Part shown: one piece after another, positions 37,201 through 53,000 of the stretch
How positions within the stretch are numbered: position 1 is the first letter of the stretch
How the letters are laid out: every line of letters begins with the position of its first letter
From: Auanema rhodensis
Lineage: Eukaryota > Animalia > Nematoda
DNA length: 64,000 nucleotides
Assembly (NCBI GenBank): GCA_964057225.1
Contig: CAXKVF010000074.1
Span: 248,001 to 312,000 of the forward strand
Direction of reading: 5' to 3'
Notes under the pieces: generated by a model
What the model was told of the DNA's origin: nothing
Seen by the model: the letters and a program-made list of their open reading frames with translations, nothing else
Database searches by the model: none
Translations under genes and position numbers: made by a program

Positions 37201-40200
37201 TTAAAGTTCACGTAAATTTCAAAGTCATGGTTACCATGCACCAATATCAATAAAAATTTGTTTTAAGACTAATATGGACATGGGGAATCTAATTTTGAAA
37301 ACCGCATCTCTTTATCTTTCACGTGAAGCGAGTTACATACCAAGTGCACATCACGTGTACATTTAATTAGCATAAATTAAAGTTCACGTAAATTTCAAAG
37401 TCATGGTTACCATGCACCAATATCAATAAAAATTTGTTTTTAGACTAATATGGACATGGGGAATCTAATTTTGAAAACCGCATCTCTTTATCTTTCACGT
37501 GAAGCGAGTTACATACCAAGTGCACATCACGTGTACATTTAATTAGCATAAATTAAAGTTCACGTAAATTTCAAAGTCATGGTTACCATGCACCAATATC
37601 AATAAAAATTTGTTTTTAGACTAATATGGACATGGGGAATCTAATTTTGAAAACGGCATCTCTTCATCTTTCACGTGAAGCGAGTTACATACCAAGTGCA
37701 CATCACGTGTACATTTAATTAGCATAAATTAAAGTTCACGTAAATTTCAAAGTCATGGTTACCATGCACCAATATCAATAAAAATTTGTTTTTAGACTAA
37801 TATGGACATGGGGAATCTAATTTTGAAAACCGCATCTCTTTATCTTTCACGTGAAGCGAGTTACATACCAAGTGCACATCACGTGTACATTTAATTAGCA
37901 TAAATTAAAGTTCACGTAAATTTCAAAGTCATGGTTACCATGAACCAATATCAATAAAAATTTGTTTTTAGACTAATATGGACATGGGGAATCTAATTTT
38001 GAAAACCGCATCTCTTTATCTTTCACGTGAAGCGAGTTACATACCAAGTGCACATCACGTGTACATTTAATTAGCATAAATTGAAGTTCACGTAAATTTC
38101 AAAGTCATGGTTACCATGCACCAATATCAATAAAAATTTGTTTTTAGACTAATATGGACATGGGAAATCTAATTTTGAAAACCGCATCTCTTTATCTTTC
38201 ACGTGAAGCGAGTTGCATACCAAGTGCACATCACGTGTACATTTAATTAGCATAAATTAAAGTTCACGTAAATTTCAAAGTCATGGTTACCATGCACCAA
38301 TATCAATAAAAATTTGTTTTTAGACTAATATGGACATGGGGAATCTAATTTTGAAAACCGCATCTCTTCATCTTTCACGTGAAGCGAGTTACATACCAAG
38401 TGCACATCACGTGTACATTTAATTAGCATAAATTAAAGTTCACGTAAATTTCAAAGTCATGGTTACCATGCACCAATATCAATAAAAATTTGTTTTTAGA
38501 CTAATATGGACATGGGGAATCTAATTTTGAAAACCGCATCTCTTTATCTTTCACGTGAAGCGAGTTACATACCAAGTGCACATCACGTGTACATTTAATT
38601 AGCATAAATGAAAGTTCACGTAAATTTCAAAGTCATGGTTACCATGAACCAATATCAATAAAAATTTGTTTTTAGACTAATATGGACATGGGGAATCTAA
38701 TTTTGAAAACCGCATCTCTTCATCTTTCACGTGAAGCGAGTTACATACCAAGTGCACATCACGTGTACATTTAATTAGCATAAATTAAAGTTCACGTAAA
38801 TTTCAAAGTCATGGTTACCATGCACCAATATCAATAAAAATTTGTTTTTAGACTAATATGGACATGGGGAATCTAATTTTGAAAACCGCATCTTTTTATC
38901 TTTCACGTGAAGCGAGTTACACACCAAGTGCACATCACGTGTACATTTAATTAGCATAAATTAAAGTTCACGTAAATTTCAAAGTCATGGTTACCATGAA
39001 GCAATATCAATAAAAATTTGTTTTTAGACTAATATGGACATGAGGAATCTAATTTTGAAAACCGCATCTCTTTATCTTTCACGTGAAGCGAGTTACATAC
39101 CAAGTGCACATCACGTGTACATTTAATTAGCATAAATTAAAGTTCACGTAAATTTCAAAGTCATGGTTACCATGAACCAATATCAATAAAAATTTGTTTT
39201 TAGACTAATATGGACATGGGGAATCTAATTTTGAAAACCGCATTTCTTTATCTTTCACGTGAAGCGAGTTACATACCAAGTGCACATCACGTGTACATTT
39301 AATTAGCATAAATTAAAGTTCACGTAAAATTCAAAGTTATGGTTACCATGAACCAATATCAATAAAAATTTGTTTTTAGACTAATATGGACATGGGGAAT
39401 CTAATTTTGAAAACCGCATCTTTTTATCTTTCACGTGAAGCGAGTTACATACCAAGTGCACATCACGTGTACATTTAATTAGCATAAATTAAAGTTCACG
39501 TAAATTTCAAAGTCATGGTTACCATGAAGCAATATCAATAAAAATTTGTTTTTAGACTAATATGAACATGGGGAATCTAATTTTGAAAACCGGATCTCTT
39601 TATCTTTCACGTGAAGCGAGTTACAAACCAAGTGCACATCACGTGTACATTTAATTAGCATTAATTAAAGTTCACGTAAATTTCAAAGTCATGGTTACCA
39701 TGAACCAATATCAATAAAAATTTGTTTTTAGACTAATATGGACATGGGGAATCTAATTTTGAAAACCGCATCTCTTTATCTTTCACGTGAAGCGAGTTAC
39801 ATACCAAGTGCACATCACGTGTACATTTAATTAGCATAAATTAAAGTTCACGTAAATTTCAAAGTCATGGTTACCATGCACCAATATCAATAAAAATTTG
39901 TTTTTAGACTAATATGGACATGGGGAATCTAATTTTGAAAACCGCATCTCTTTATCTTTCACGTGATGCGAGTTACATACCAAGTGCACATCACGTGTAC
40001 ATTTAATTAGCATAAATTAAAGTTCACGTAAATTTCAAAGTCATGGTTACCATGAACCAATATCAATAAAAATTTGTTTTTAGACTAATATGGACATGGG
40101 GAATCTAATTTTGAAAACCGCATCTCTTTATCTTTCACGTGAAGCGAGTTACATACCAAGTGCACATCACGTGTACATTTAATTAGCATAAATTAAAGTT

Positions 40201-41076
40201 CACGTAAATTTCAAAGTCATGGTTACCATGCACCAATATCAATAAAAATTTGTTTTTAGACTAATATGGACATGGGGAATCTAATTTTGAAAACCGCATC
40301 TCTTTATCTTTCACGTGAAGCGAGTTACATACCAAGTGCACATCACGTGTACATTTAATTAGCATAAATTAAAGTTCACGTAAATTTCAAAGTCATGGTT
40401 ACCATGCACCAATATCAATAAAAATTTGTTTTTAGACTAATATGGACATGGGGAATCTAATTTTGAAAACCGCATCTCTTTATCTTTCACGTGAAGCGAG
40501 TTACATACCAAGTGCACATCACGTGTACATTTAATTAGCATAAATTAAAGTTCACGTAAATTTCAAAGTCATGGTTACCATGAACCAATATCAATAAAAA
40601 TCTGTTTTTAGACTAATATGGACATGGGGAATCTAATTTTGAAAACCGCATCTCTTTATCTTTCACGTGAAGCGAGTTACATACCAAGTGCACATCACGT
40701 GTACATTTAATTAGCATAAATTAAAGTTCACGTAAATTTCAAAGTCATGGTTACCATGAACCAATATCAATAAAAATTTGTTTTTAGACTAATATGGACA
40801 TGGGGAATCTAATTTTGAAAACCGCATCTCTTTATCTTTCACGTGAAGCGAGTTACATACCAAGTGCACATCACGTGTACATTTAATTAGCATAAATTAA
40901 AGTTCACGTAAATTTCAAAGTCATGGTTACCATGAACCAATATCAATAAAAATTTGTTTTTAGACTAATATGGACAGGGGGAATCTAATTTTGAAAACCG
41001 CATCTCTTTATCTTTCACGTGAAGCGAGTTACATACCAAGTGCACATCACGTGTACATTTAATTAGCATAAATTAA
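22299..41076 (-). repeat. 176-bp satellite array, inverted orientation (about 106 monomers)
   Basis: Reverse complement of the monomer (GCGAGTTACATACCAAGTGCACATCACGTGTAC...) throughout. Confidence 0.99.
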
Positions 41077-41092
41077 CTTTAATTTGCATAAA

Positions 41093-44000
41093 TGAACTTT
41101 AATTTATGCTAATTAAATGTACACGTGATGTGCACTTGGTATGTAACTCGCTTCACGTGAAAGATGAAGAGATGCGGTTTTCAAAATTAGATTCCCCATG
41201 TCCATATTAGTCTAAAAACAAATTTTTATTGATATTGGTTCATGGTAACCATGACTTTGAAATTTACGTGAACTTTAATTTATGCTAATTAAATGTACAC
41301 GTGATGTGCACTTGGTATGTAACTCGCTTCACGTGAAAGATAAAGAGATGCGGTTTTCAAAATTAGATTCCCCATGTCCATATTAGTCTAAAAACAAATT
41401 TTTATTGATATTGGTTCATGGTAACCATGACTTTGAAATTTACGTGAACTTTAATTTATGCTAATTAAATGTACACGTGATGTGCACTTGGTATGTAACT
41501 CGCTTCACGTGAAAGATAAAGAGATGCGGTTTTCAAAATTAGATTCCCCATGTCCATATTAGTCTAAAAACAAATTTTTATTGATATTAGTTCATGGTAA
41601 CCATGACTTTGAAATATACGTGAACTTTAATTTATGCTAATTAAATGTACACGTGATGTGCACTTGGTATGTAACTCGCTTCACGTGAAAGATAAAGAGA
41701 TGCGGTTTTCAAAATTAGATTCCCCCTGTCCATATTAGTCTAAAAACAAACTTTTATTGATATTGGTGCATGGTAACCATGACTTTGAAATTTACGTGAA
41801 CTTTAATTTATGCTAATTAAATGTACACGTGATGTGCACTTGGTATGTAACTCGCTTCACGTGAAAGATGAAGAGATGCGGTTTTCAAAATTAGATTCCC
41901 CATGTCCATATTAGTCTAAAAACAAACTTTTATTGATATTGGTGCATGGTAACCATGACTTTGAAATTTACGTGAACTTTAATTTATGCTAATTAAATGT
42001 ACACGTGATGTGCACTTGGTATGTAACTCGCTTCACGTGAAAGATAAAGAGATGCGGTTTTCAAAATTAGATTCCCCATGTCCATATTAGTCTAAAAACA
42101 AACTTTTATTGATATTGGTGCATGGTAACCATGACTTTGAAATTTACGTGAACTTTAATTTATGCTAATTAAATGTACACGTGATGTGCACTTGGTATGT
42201 AACTCGCTTCACGTGAAAGATAAAGAGATGCGGTTTTCAAAATTAGATTCCCCATGTCCATATTAGTCTTAAAACAAATTTTTATTGATATTGGTGCATG
42301 GTAACCATGACTTTGAAATTTACGTGAACTTTAATTTATGCTAATTAAATGTACACGTGATGTGCACTTGGTATGCAACTCGCTTCACGTGAAAGATAAA
42401 GAGATGCGGTTTTCAAAATTAGATTCCCCATGTCCATATTAGTCTAAAAACAAATTTTTATTGATATTGATGCATGGTAACCATGACTTTGAAATTTACG
42501 TGAACTTTAATTTATGCTAATTAAATGTACACGTGATGTGCACTTGGTATGTAACTCGCTTCACGTGAAAGATGAAGAGATGCGGTTTTCAAAATTAGAT
42601 TCCTCATGTCCATATTAGTCTAAAAACAAATTTTTATTGATATTGGTTCATGGTAACCATGACTTTGAAATTTACGTGAACTTTAATTTATGCTAATTAA
42701 ATGTACACGTGATGTGCACTTGGTATGTAACTCGTTTCACGTGAAAGATAAAGAGATGAGGTTTTCAAAATTAGATTCCCCATGTCCATATTAGTCTAAA
42801 AACAAATTTTTATTGATATTGGTGCATGGTAACCATGACTTTGAAATTTACGTGAACTTTAATTTATGCTAATTAAATGTACACGTGATGTGCACTTGGT
42901 ATGTAACTCGCTTCACGTGAAAGATAAAGAGATGCGGTTTTCAAAATTAGATTCCCCATGTCCATATTAGTCTAAAAACAAATTTTTATTGATATTGGTG
43001 CATGGTAACCATGACTTTGAAATTTACGTGAACTTTAATTTATGCTAATTAAATGTACACGTGATGTGCACTTGGTATGTAACTCGCTTCACGTGAAAGA
43101 TGAAGAGATGCCGTTTTCAAAATTAGATTCCCCATGTCCATATTAGTCTAAAAACAAATTTTTATTGATATTGGTGCATGGTAACCATGACTTTGAAATT
43201 TACGTGAACTTTAATTTATGCTAATTAAATGTACACGTGATGTGCACTTGGTATGTAACTCGCTTCACGTGAAAGATAAAGAGATGCGGTTTTCAAAATT
43301 AGATTCCCCATGTCCATATTAGTCTAAAAACAAATTTTTATTGATATTGGTTCATGGTAACCATGACTTTGAAATTTACGTGAACTTTAATTTATGCTAA
43401 TTAAATGTACACGTGATGTGCACTTGGTATGTAACTCGCTTCACGTGAAAGATAAAGAGATGCGGTTTTCAAAATTAGATTCCCCATGTCCATATTAGTC
43501 TAAAAACAAATTTTTATTGATATTGGTGCATGGTAACCATGACTTTGAAATTTACGTGAACTTTAATTTATGCTAATTAAATGTACACGTGATGTGCACT
43601 TGGTATGTAACTCGCTTCACGTGAAAGATAAAGAGATGCGGTTTTCAAAATTAGATTCCCCATGTCCATATTAGTCTAAAAACAAATTTTTATTGATATT
43701 GGTGCATGGTAACCATGACTTTGAAATTTACGTGAACTTTAATTTATGCTAATTAAATGTACACGTGATGTGCACTTGGTATGTAACTCGCTTCACGTGA
43801 AAGATAAAGAGATGCGGTTTTCAAAATTAGATTCCCCATGTCCATATTAGTCTTAAAACAAATTTTTATTGATATTGGTGCATGGTAACCATGACTTTGA
43901 AATTTACGTGAACTTTAATTTATGCTAATTAAATGTACACGTGATGTGCACTTGGTATGTAACTCGCTTCACGTGAAAGATAAAGAGATGCGGTTTTCAA

Positions 44001-47000
44001 AATTAGATTCCCCATGTCCATATTAGTCTAAAAACAAAATTTTATTGATATTGGTGCATGGTAACCATGACTTTGAAATTTACGTGAACTTTAATTTATG
44101 CTAATTAAATGTACACGTGATGTGCACTTGGTATGTAACTCGCTTCACGTGAAAGATAAAGAGATGCGGTTTTCAAAATTAGATTCCCCATGTCCATATT
44201 AGTCTAAAAACAAATTTTTATTGATATTGGTTCATGGTAACCATGACTTTGAAATTTACGTGAACTTTAATTAATGCTAATTAAATGTACACGTGATGTG
44301 CACTTGGTTTGTAACTCGCTTCACGTGAAAGATAAAGAGATCCGGTTTTCAAAATTAGATTCCCCATGTCCATATTAGTCTAAAAACAAATTTTTATTGA
44401 TATTGTTTCATGGTAACCATGACTTTGAAATTTACGTGAACTTTAATTTATGCTAATTAAATGTACACGTGATGTGCACTTGGTATGTAACTCGCTTCAC
44501 GTGAAAGATAAAGAGATGCGGTTTTCAAAATTAGATTTCCCATGTCCATATTAGTCTAAAAACAAATTTTTATTGATATTGGTTCATGGTAACCATAACT
44601 TTGAATTTTACGTGAACTTTAATTTATGCTAATTAAATGTACACGTGATGTGCACTTGGTATGTAACTCGCTTCACGTGAAAGATAAAGAAATGCGGTTT
44701 TCAAAATTAGATTCCCCATGTCCATATTAGTCTAAAAACAAATTTTTATTGATATTGGTTCATGGTAACCATGACTTTGAAATTTACGTGAACTTTAATT
44801 TATGCTAATTAAATGTACACGTGATGTGCACTTGGTATGTAACTCGCTTCACGTGAAAGATAAAGAGATGCGGTTTTCAAAATTAGATTCCCCATGTCCA
44901 TATTAGTCTAAAAACAAATTTTTATTGATATTGCTTCATGGTAACCATGACTTTGAAATTTACGTGAACTTTAATTTATGCTAATTAAATGTACACGTGA
45001 TGTGCACTTGGTATGTAACTCGCTTCACGTGAAAGATAAAAAGATGCGGTTTTCAAAATTAGATTCCCCATGTCCATATTAGTCTAAAAACAAATTTTTA
45101 TTGATATTGGTGCATGGTAACCATGACTTTGAAATTTACGTGAACTTTAATTTATGCTAATTAAATGTACACGTGATGTGCACTTGGTATGTAACTCGCT
45201 TCACGTGAAAGATGAAGAGATGCGGTTTTCAAAATTAGATTCCCCATGTCCATATTAGTCTAAAAACAAATTTTTATTGATATTGGTTCATGGTAACCAT
45301 GACTTTGAAATTTACGTGAACTTTCATTTATGCTAATTAAATGTACACGTGATGTGCACTTGGTATGTAACTCGCTTCACGTGAAAGATAAAGAGATGCG
45401 GTTTTCAAAATTAGATTCCCCATGTCCATATTAGTCTAAAAACAAATTTTTATTGATATTGGTGCATGGTAACCATGACTTTAAAATTTACGTGAACTTT
45501 AATTTATGCTAATTAAATGTACACGTGATGTGCACTTGGTATGTAACTCGCTTCTCGTGAAAGATAAAGAGATGCGGTTTTCAAAATTAGATTCCCCATG
45601 TCCATATTAGTCTAAAAACAAATTTTTATTGATATTGGTTCATGGTAACCATGACTTTGAAATTTACGTGAACTTTAATTTATGCCAATTAAATGTACAC
45701 GTGATGTGCACTTGGTATGTAACTCGCTTCACGTGAAAGATAAAGAGATGCGGTTTTCAAAATTAGATTCCCCATGTCCATATTAGTCTAAAAACAAATT
45801 TTTATTGATATTAATGCATGGTAACCATGACTTTGAAATTTACGTGAACTTTAATTTATGCTAATTAAATGTACACGTGATGTGCACTTGGTATGTAACT
45901 CGCTTCACGTGAAAGATGAAGAGATGCGGTTTTCAAAATTAGATTCCCCATGTCCATATTAGTCTAAAAACAAATTTTTATTGATATTGGTGCATGGTAA
46001 CCATGACTTTGAAATTTACGTGAACTTTAATTTATGCTAATTAAATGTACACGTGATGTGCACTTGGTATGCAACTCGCTTCACGTGAAAGATAAAGAGA
46101 TGCGGTTTTCAAAATTAGATTCCCCATGTCCATATTAGTCTAAAAACAAATTTTTATTGATATTGGTGCATGGTAACCATGACTTTGAAATTTACGTGAA
46201 CTTCAATTTATGCTAATTAAATGTACACGTGATGTGCACTTGGTATGTAACTCGCTTCACGTGAAAGATAAAGAGATGCGGTTTTCAAAATTAGATTCCC
46301 CATGTCCATATTAGTCTAAAAACAAATTTTTATTGATATTGGTTCATGGTAACCATGACTTTGAAATTTACGTGAACTTTAATTTATGCTAATTAAATGT
46401 ACACGTGATGTGCACTTGGTATGTAACTCGCTTCACGTGAAAGATAAAGAGATGCGGTTTTCAAAATTAGATTTCCCATGTCCATATTAGTCTAAAAACA
46501 AATTTTTATTGATATTGGTTCATGGTAACCATAACTTTGAATTTTACGTGAACTTTAATTTATGCTAATTAAATGTACACGTGATGTGCACTTGGTATGT
46601 AACTCGCTTCACGTGAAAGATAAAGAGATGCGGTTTTCAAAATTAGATTTCCCATGTCCATATTAGTCTAAAAACAAATTTTTATTGATATTGGTTCATG
46701 GTAACCATAACTTTGAATTTTACGTGAACTTTAATTTATGCTAATTAAATGTACACGTGATGTGCACTTGGTATGTAACTCGCTTCACGTGAAAGATAAA
46801 GAAATGCGGTTTTCAAAATTAGATTCCCCATGTCCATATTAGTCTAAAAACAAATTTTTATTGATATTGGTTCATGGTAACCATGACTTTGAAATTTACG
46901 TGAACTTTAATTTATGCTAATTAAATGTACACGTGATGTGCACTTGGTATGTAACTCGCTTCACGTGAAAGATAAAGAGATGCGGTTTTCAAAATTAGAT

Positions 47001-50000
47001 TCCCCATGTCCATATTAGTCTAAAAACAAATTTTTATTGATATTGCTTCATGGTAACCATGACTTTGAAATTTACGTGAACTTTAATTTATGCTAATTAA
47101 ATGTACACGTGATGTGCACTTGGTATGTAACTCGCTTCACGTGAAAGATAAAAAGATGCGGTTTTCAAAATTAGATTCCCCATGTCCATATTAGTCTAAA
47201 AACAAATTTTTATTGATATTGGTGCATGGTAACCATGACTTTGAAATTTACGTGAACTTTAATTTATGCTAATTAAATGTACACGTGATGTGCACTTGGT
47301 ATGTAACTCGCTTCACGTGAAAGATGAAGAGATGCGGTTTTCAAAATTAGATTCCCCATGTCCATATTAGTCTAAAAACAAATTTTTATTGATATTGGTT
47401 CATGGTAACCATGACTTTGAAATTTACGTGAACTTTCATTTATGCTAATTAAATGTACACGTGATGTGCACTTGGTATGTAACTCGCTTCACGTGAAAGA
47501 TAAAGAGATGCGGTTTTCAAAATTAGATTCCCCATGTCCATATTAGTCTAAAAACAAATTTTTATTGATATTGGTGCATGGTAACCATGACTTTAAAATT
47601 TACGTGAACTTTAATTTATGCTAATTAAATGTACACGTGATGTGCACTTGGTATGTAACTCGCTTCTCGTGAAAGATAAAGAGATGCGGTTTTCAAAATT
47701 AGATTCCCCATGTCCATATTAGTCTAAAAACAAATTTTTATTGATATTGGTTCATGGTAACCATGACTTTGAAATTTACGTGAACTTTAATTTATGCCAA
47801 TTAAATGTACACGTGATGTGCACTTGGTATGTAACTCGCTTCACGTGAAAGATAAAGAGATGCGGTTTTCAAAATTAGATTCCCCATGTCCATATTAGTC
47901 TAAAAACAAATTTTTATTGATATTAATGCATGGTAACCATGACTTTGAAATTTACGTGAACTTTAATTTATGCTAATTAAATGTACACGTGATGTGCACT
48001 TGGTATGTAACTCGCTTCACGTGAAAGATGAAGAGATGCGGTTTTCAAAATTAGATTCCCCATGTCCATATTAGTCTAAAAACAAATTTTTATTGATATT
48101 GGTGCATGGTAACCATGACTTTGAAATTTACGTGAACTTCAATTTATGCTAATTAAATGTACACGTGATGTGCACTTGGTATGTAACTCGCTTCACGTGA
48201 AAGATAAAGAGATGCGGTTTTCAAAATTAGATTCCCCATGTCCATATTAGTCTAAAAACAAATTTTTATTGATATTGGTTCATGGTAACCATGACTTTGA
48301 AATTTACGTGAACTTTAATTTATGCTAATTAAATGTACACGTGATGTGCACTTGGTATGTAACTCGCTTCACGTGAAAGATAAAGAGATACGGTTTTCAA
48401 AATTAGATTCCCCATGTCCATATTAGTCTAAAAACGAATTTTTATTGATATTGGTGCATGGTAACCACGACTTTGAAATTTACGTGAACTTTAATTTATG
48501 CTAATTAAATGTACACGTGATGTGCACTTGGTATGTAACTCGCTTCACGTGAAAGATAAAGAGATGCGGTTTTCAAAATTAGATTCCCCATGTCCATATT
48601 AGTCTAAAAACGAATTTTTATTGATATTGGTGCATGGTAACCACGACTTTGAAATTTACGTGAACTTTAATTTATGCTAATTAAATGTACACGTGATGTG
48701 CACTTGGTATGTAACTCGCTTCACGTGAAAGATAAAGAGATGCGGTTTTCAAAATTAGATTCCCCCTGTCCATATTAGTCTAAAAACAAATTTTTATTGA
48801 TATTGGTTCATGGTAACCATGACTTTGAAATTTACGTGAACTTTAATTTATGCTAATTAAATGTACACGTGATGTGCACTTGGTATGTAACTCGCTTCAC
48901 GTGAAAGATAAAGAGATGCGGTTTTCAAAATTAGATTCCCCATGTCCATATTAGTCTAAAAACAAATTTTTATTGATATTGCTTCATGGTAACCATGACT
49001 TTGAAATTTACGTGAACTTTAATTTATGCTAATTAAATGTACACGTGATGTGCACTTGGTATGTAACTCGCTTCACGTGAAAGATAAAGAGATGCGGTTT
49101 TCAAAATTAGATTCCCCATGTCCATATTAGTCTAAAAACAAATTTTTATTGATATTGGTGCATGGTAACCATGACTTTGAAATTTACGTGAACTTTAATT
49201 TATGCTAATTAAATGTACACGTGATGTGCACTTGGTATGTAACTCGCTTCACGTGAAAGATGAAGAGATGCGGTTTTCAAAATTAGATTCCCCAAGTCCA
49301 TATTAGTCTAAAAACAAATTTTTATTGATATTGCTTCATGGTAACCATGACTTTGAAATTTACGTGAACTTTAATTTATGCTAATTAAATGTACACGTGA
49401 TGTGCACTTGGTGTGTAACTCGCTTCACGTGAAAGATAAAAAGATGCGGTTTTCAAAATTAGATTCCCCATGTCCATATTAGTCTAAAAACAAATTTTTA
49501 TTGATATTGGTGCATGGTAACCATGACTTTGAAATTTACGTGAACTTTAATTTATGCTAATTAAATGTACACGTGATGTGCACTTGGTATGTAACTCGCT
49601 TCACGTGAAAGATAAAGAGATGCGGTTTTCAAAATTAGATTCCCCATGTCCATATTAGTCTAAAAAAAAATTTTTATTGATATTGGTTCATGGTAACCAT
49701 GACTTTGAAATTTACGTGAACTTTAATTTATGCTAATTAAATGTACACGTGATGTGCACTTGGTATGTAACTCGCTTCACGTGAAAGATAAAGAGATGCG
49801 GTTTTCAAAATTAGATTCCCCATGTCCATATTAGTCTAAAAACAAATTTTTATTGATATTGGTGCATGGTAACCATGACTTTGAAATTTACGTGAACTTT
49901 AATTTATGCTAATTAAATGTACACGTGATGTGCACTTGGTATGTAACTCGCTTCACGTGAAAGATAAAGAGATGCGGTTTTCAAAATTAGATTCCCCCTG

Positions 50001-53000
50001 TCCATATTAGTCTAAAAACAAATTTTTATTGATATTGGTTCATGGTAACCATGACTTTGAAATTTACGTGAACTTTAATTTATGCTAATTAAATGTACAC
50101 GTGATGTGCACTTGGTATGTAACTCGCTTCACGTGAAAGATAAAGAGATGCGGTTTTCAAAATTAGATTCCCCATGTCCATATTAGTCTAAAAACAAATT
50201 TTTATTGATATTGGTGCATGGTAACCATGACTTTGAAATTTACGTGAACTTTAATTTATGCTAATTAAATGTACACGTGATGTGCACTTGGTATGTAACT
50301 CGCTTCACGTGAAAGATAAAGAGATGCGGTTTTCAAAATTAGATTCCCCATGTCCATATTAGTCTAAAAACAAATTTTTATTGATATTGGTGCATGGTAA
50401 CCATGACTTTGAAATTTACGTGAACTTTAATTTATGCTAATTAAATGTACACGTGATGTGCACTTGGTATGTAACTCGCTTCACGTGAAAGATAAAGAGA
50501 TGCGGTTTTCAAAATTAGATTCCCCATGTCCATATTAGTCTAAAAACAAATTTTTATTGATATTGGTTCATGGTAACCATGACTTTGAAATTTACGTGAA
50601 CTTTAATTTATGCTAATTAAATGTACACGTGATGTGCACTTGGTATGTAACTCGCATCACGTGAAAGATAAAGAGATGCGGTTTTCAAAATTAGATTCCC
50701 CATGTCCATATTAGTCTAAAAACAAATTTTTATTGATATTGGTGCATGGTAACCATGACTTTGAAATTTACGTGAACTTTAATTTATGCTAATTAAATGT
50801 ACACGTGATGTGCACTTGGTATGTAACTCGCTTCACGTGAAAGATAAAGAGATGCGGTTTTCAAAATTAGATTCCCCATGTCCATATTAGTCTAAAAACA
50901 AATTTTTATTGATATTGGTTCATGGTAACCATGACTTTGAAATTTACGTGAACTTTAATTAATGCTAATTAAATGTACACGTGATGTGCACTTGGTTTGT
51001 AACTCGCTTCACGTGAAAGATAAAGAGATCCGGTTTTCAAAATTAGATTCCCCATGTTCATATTAGTCTAAAAACAAATTTTTATTGATATTGCTTCATG
51101 GTAACCATGACTTTGAAATTTACGTGAACTTTAATTTATGCTAATTAAATGTACACGTGATGTGCACTTGGTATGTAACTCGCTTCACGTGAAAGATAAA
51201 AAGATGCGGTTTTCAAAATTAGATTCCCCATGTCCATATTAGTCTAAAAACAAATTTTTATTGATATTGGTTCATGGTAACCATAACTTTGAATTTTACG
51301 TGAACTTTAATTTATGCTAATTAAATGTACACGTGATGTGCACTTGGTATGTAACTCGCTTCACGTGAAAGATAAAGAAATGCGGTTTTCAAAATTAGAT
51401 TCCCCATGTCCATATTAGTCTAAAAACAAATTTTTATTGATATTGGTTCATGGTAACCATGACTTTGAAATTTACGTGAACTTTAATTTATGCTAATTAA
51501 ATGTACACGTGATGTGCACTTGGTATGTAACTCGCTTCACGTGAAAGATAAAGAGATGCGGTTTTCAAAATTAGATTCCTCATGTCCATATTAGTCTAAA
51601 AACAAATTTTTATTGATATTGCTTCATGGTAACCATGACTTTGAAATTTACGTGAACTTTAATTTATGCTAATTAAATGTACACGTGATGTGCACTTGGT
51701 GTGTAACTCGCTTCACGTGAAAGATAAAAAGATGCGGTTTTCAAAATTAGATTCCCCATGTCCATATTAGTCTAAAAACAAATTTTTATTGATATTGGTG
51801 CATGGTAACCATGACTTTGAAATTTACGTGAACTTTAATTTATGCTAATTAAATGTACACGTGATGTGCACTTGGTATGTAACTCGCTTCACGTGAAAGA
51901 TGAAGAGATGCGGTTTTCAAAATTAGATTCCCCATGTCCATATTAGTCTAAAAACAAATTTTTATTGATATTGGTTCATGGTAACCATGACTTTGAAATT
52001 TACGTGAACTTTCATTTATGCTAATTAAATGTACACGTGATGTGCACTTGGTATGTAACTCGCTTCACGTGAAAGATAAAGAGATGCGGTTTTCAAAATT
52101 AGATTCCCCATGTCCATATTAGTCTAAAAACAAATTTTTATTGATATTGGTGCATGGTAACCATGACTTTGAAATTTACGTGAACTTTAATTTATGCTAA
52201 TTAAATGTACACGTGATGTGCACTTGGTATGTAACTCGCTTCACGTGAAAGATGAAGAGATGCGGTTTTCAAAATTAGATTCCCCATGTCCATATTAGTC
52301 TAAAAACAAATTTTTATTGATATTGGTGCATGGTAACCATGACTTTGAAATTTACGTGAACTTTAATTTATGCTAATTAAATGTACACGTGATGTGCACT
52401 TGGTATGCAACTCGCTTCACGTGAAAGATAAAGAGATGCGGTTTTCAAAATTAGATTTCCCATGTCCATATTAGTCTAAAAACAAATTTTTATTGATATT
52501 GGTGCATGGTAACCATGACTTTGAAATTTACGTGAACTTCAATTTATGCTAATTAAATGTACACGTGATGTGCACTTGGTATGTAACTCGCTTCACGTGA
52601 AAGATAAAGAGATGCGGTTTTCAAAATTAGATTCCCCATGTCCATATTAGTCTAAAAACAAATTTTTATTGATATTGGTTCATGGTAACCATGACTTTGA
52701 AATTTACGTGAACTTTAATTTATGCTAATTAAATGTACACGTGATGTGCACTTGGTATGTAACTCGCTTCACGTGAAAGATAAAGAGATGCGGTTTTCAA
52801 AATTAGATTCCCCATGTCCATATTAGTCTAAAAACAAATTTTTATTGATATTGGTGCATGGTAACCATGACTTTGAAATTTACGTGAACTTTAATTTATG
52901 CTAATTAAATGTACACGTGATGTGCACTTGGTATGTAACTCGCTTCACGTGAAAGATGAAGAGATGCCGTTTTCAAAATTAGATTCCCCATGTCCATATT

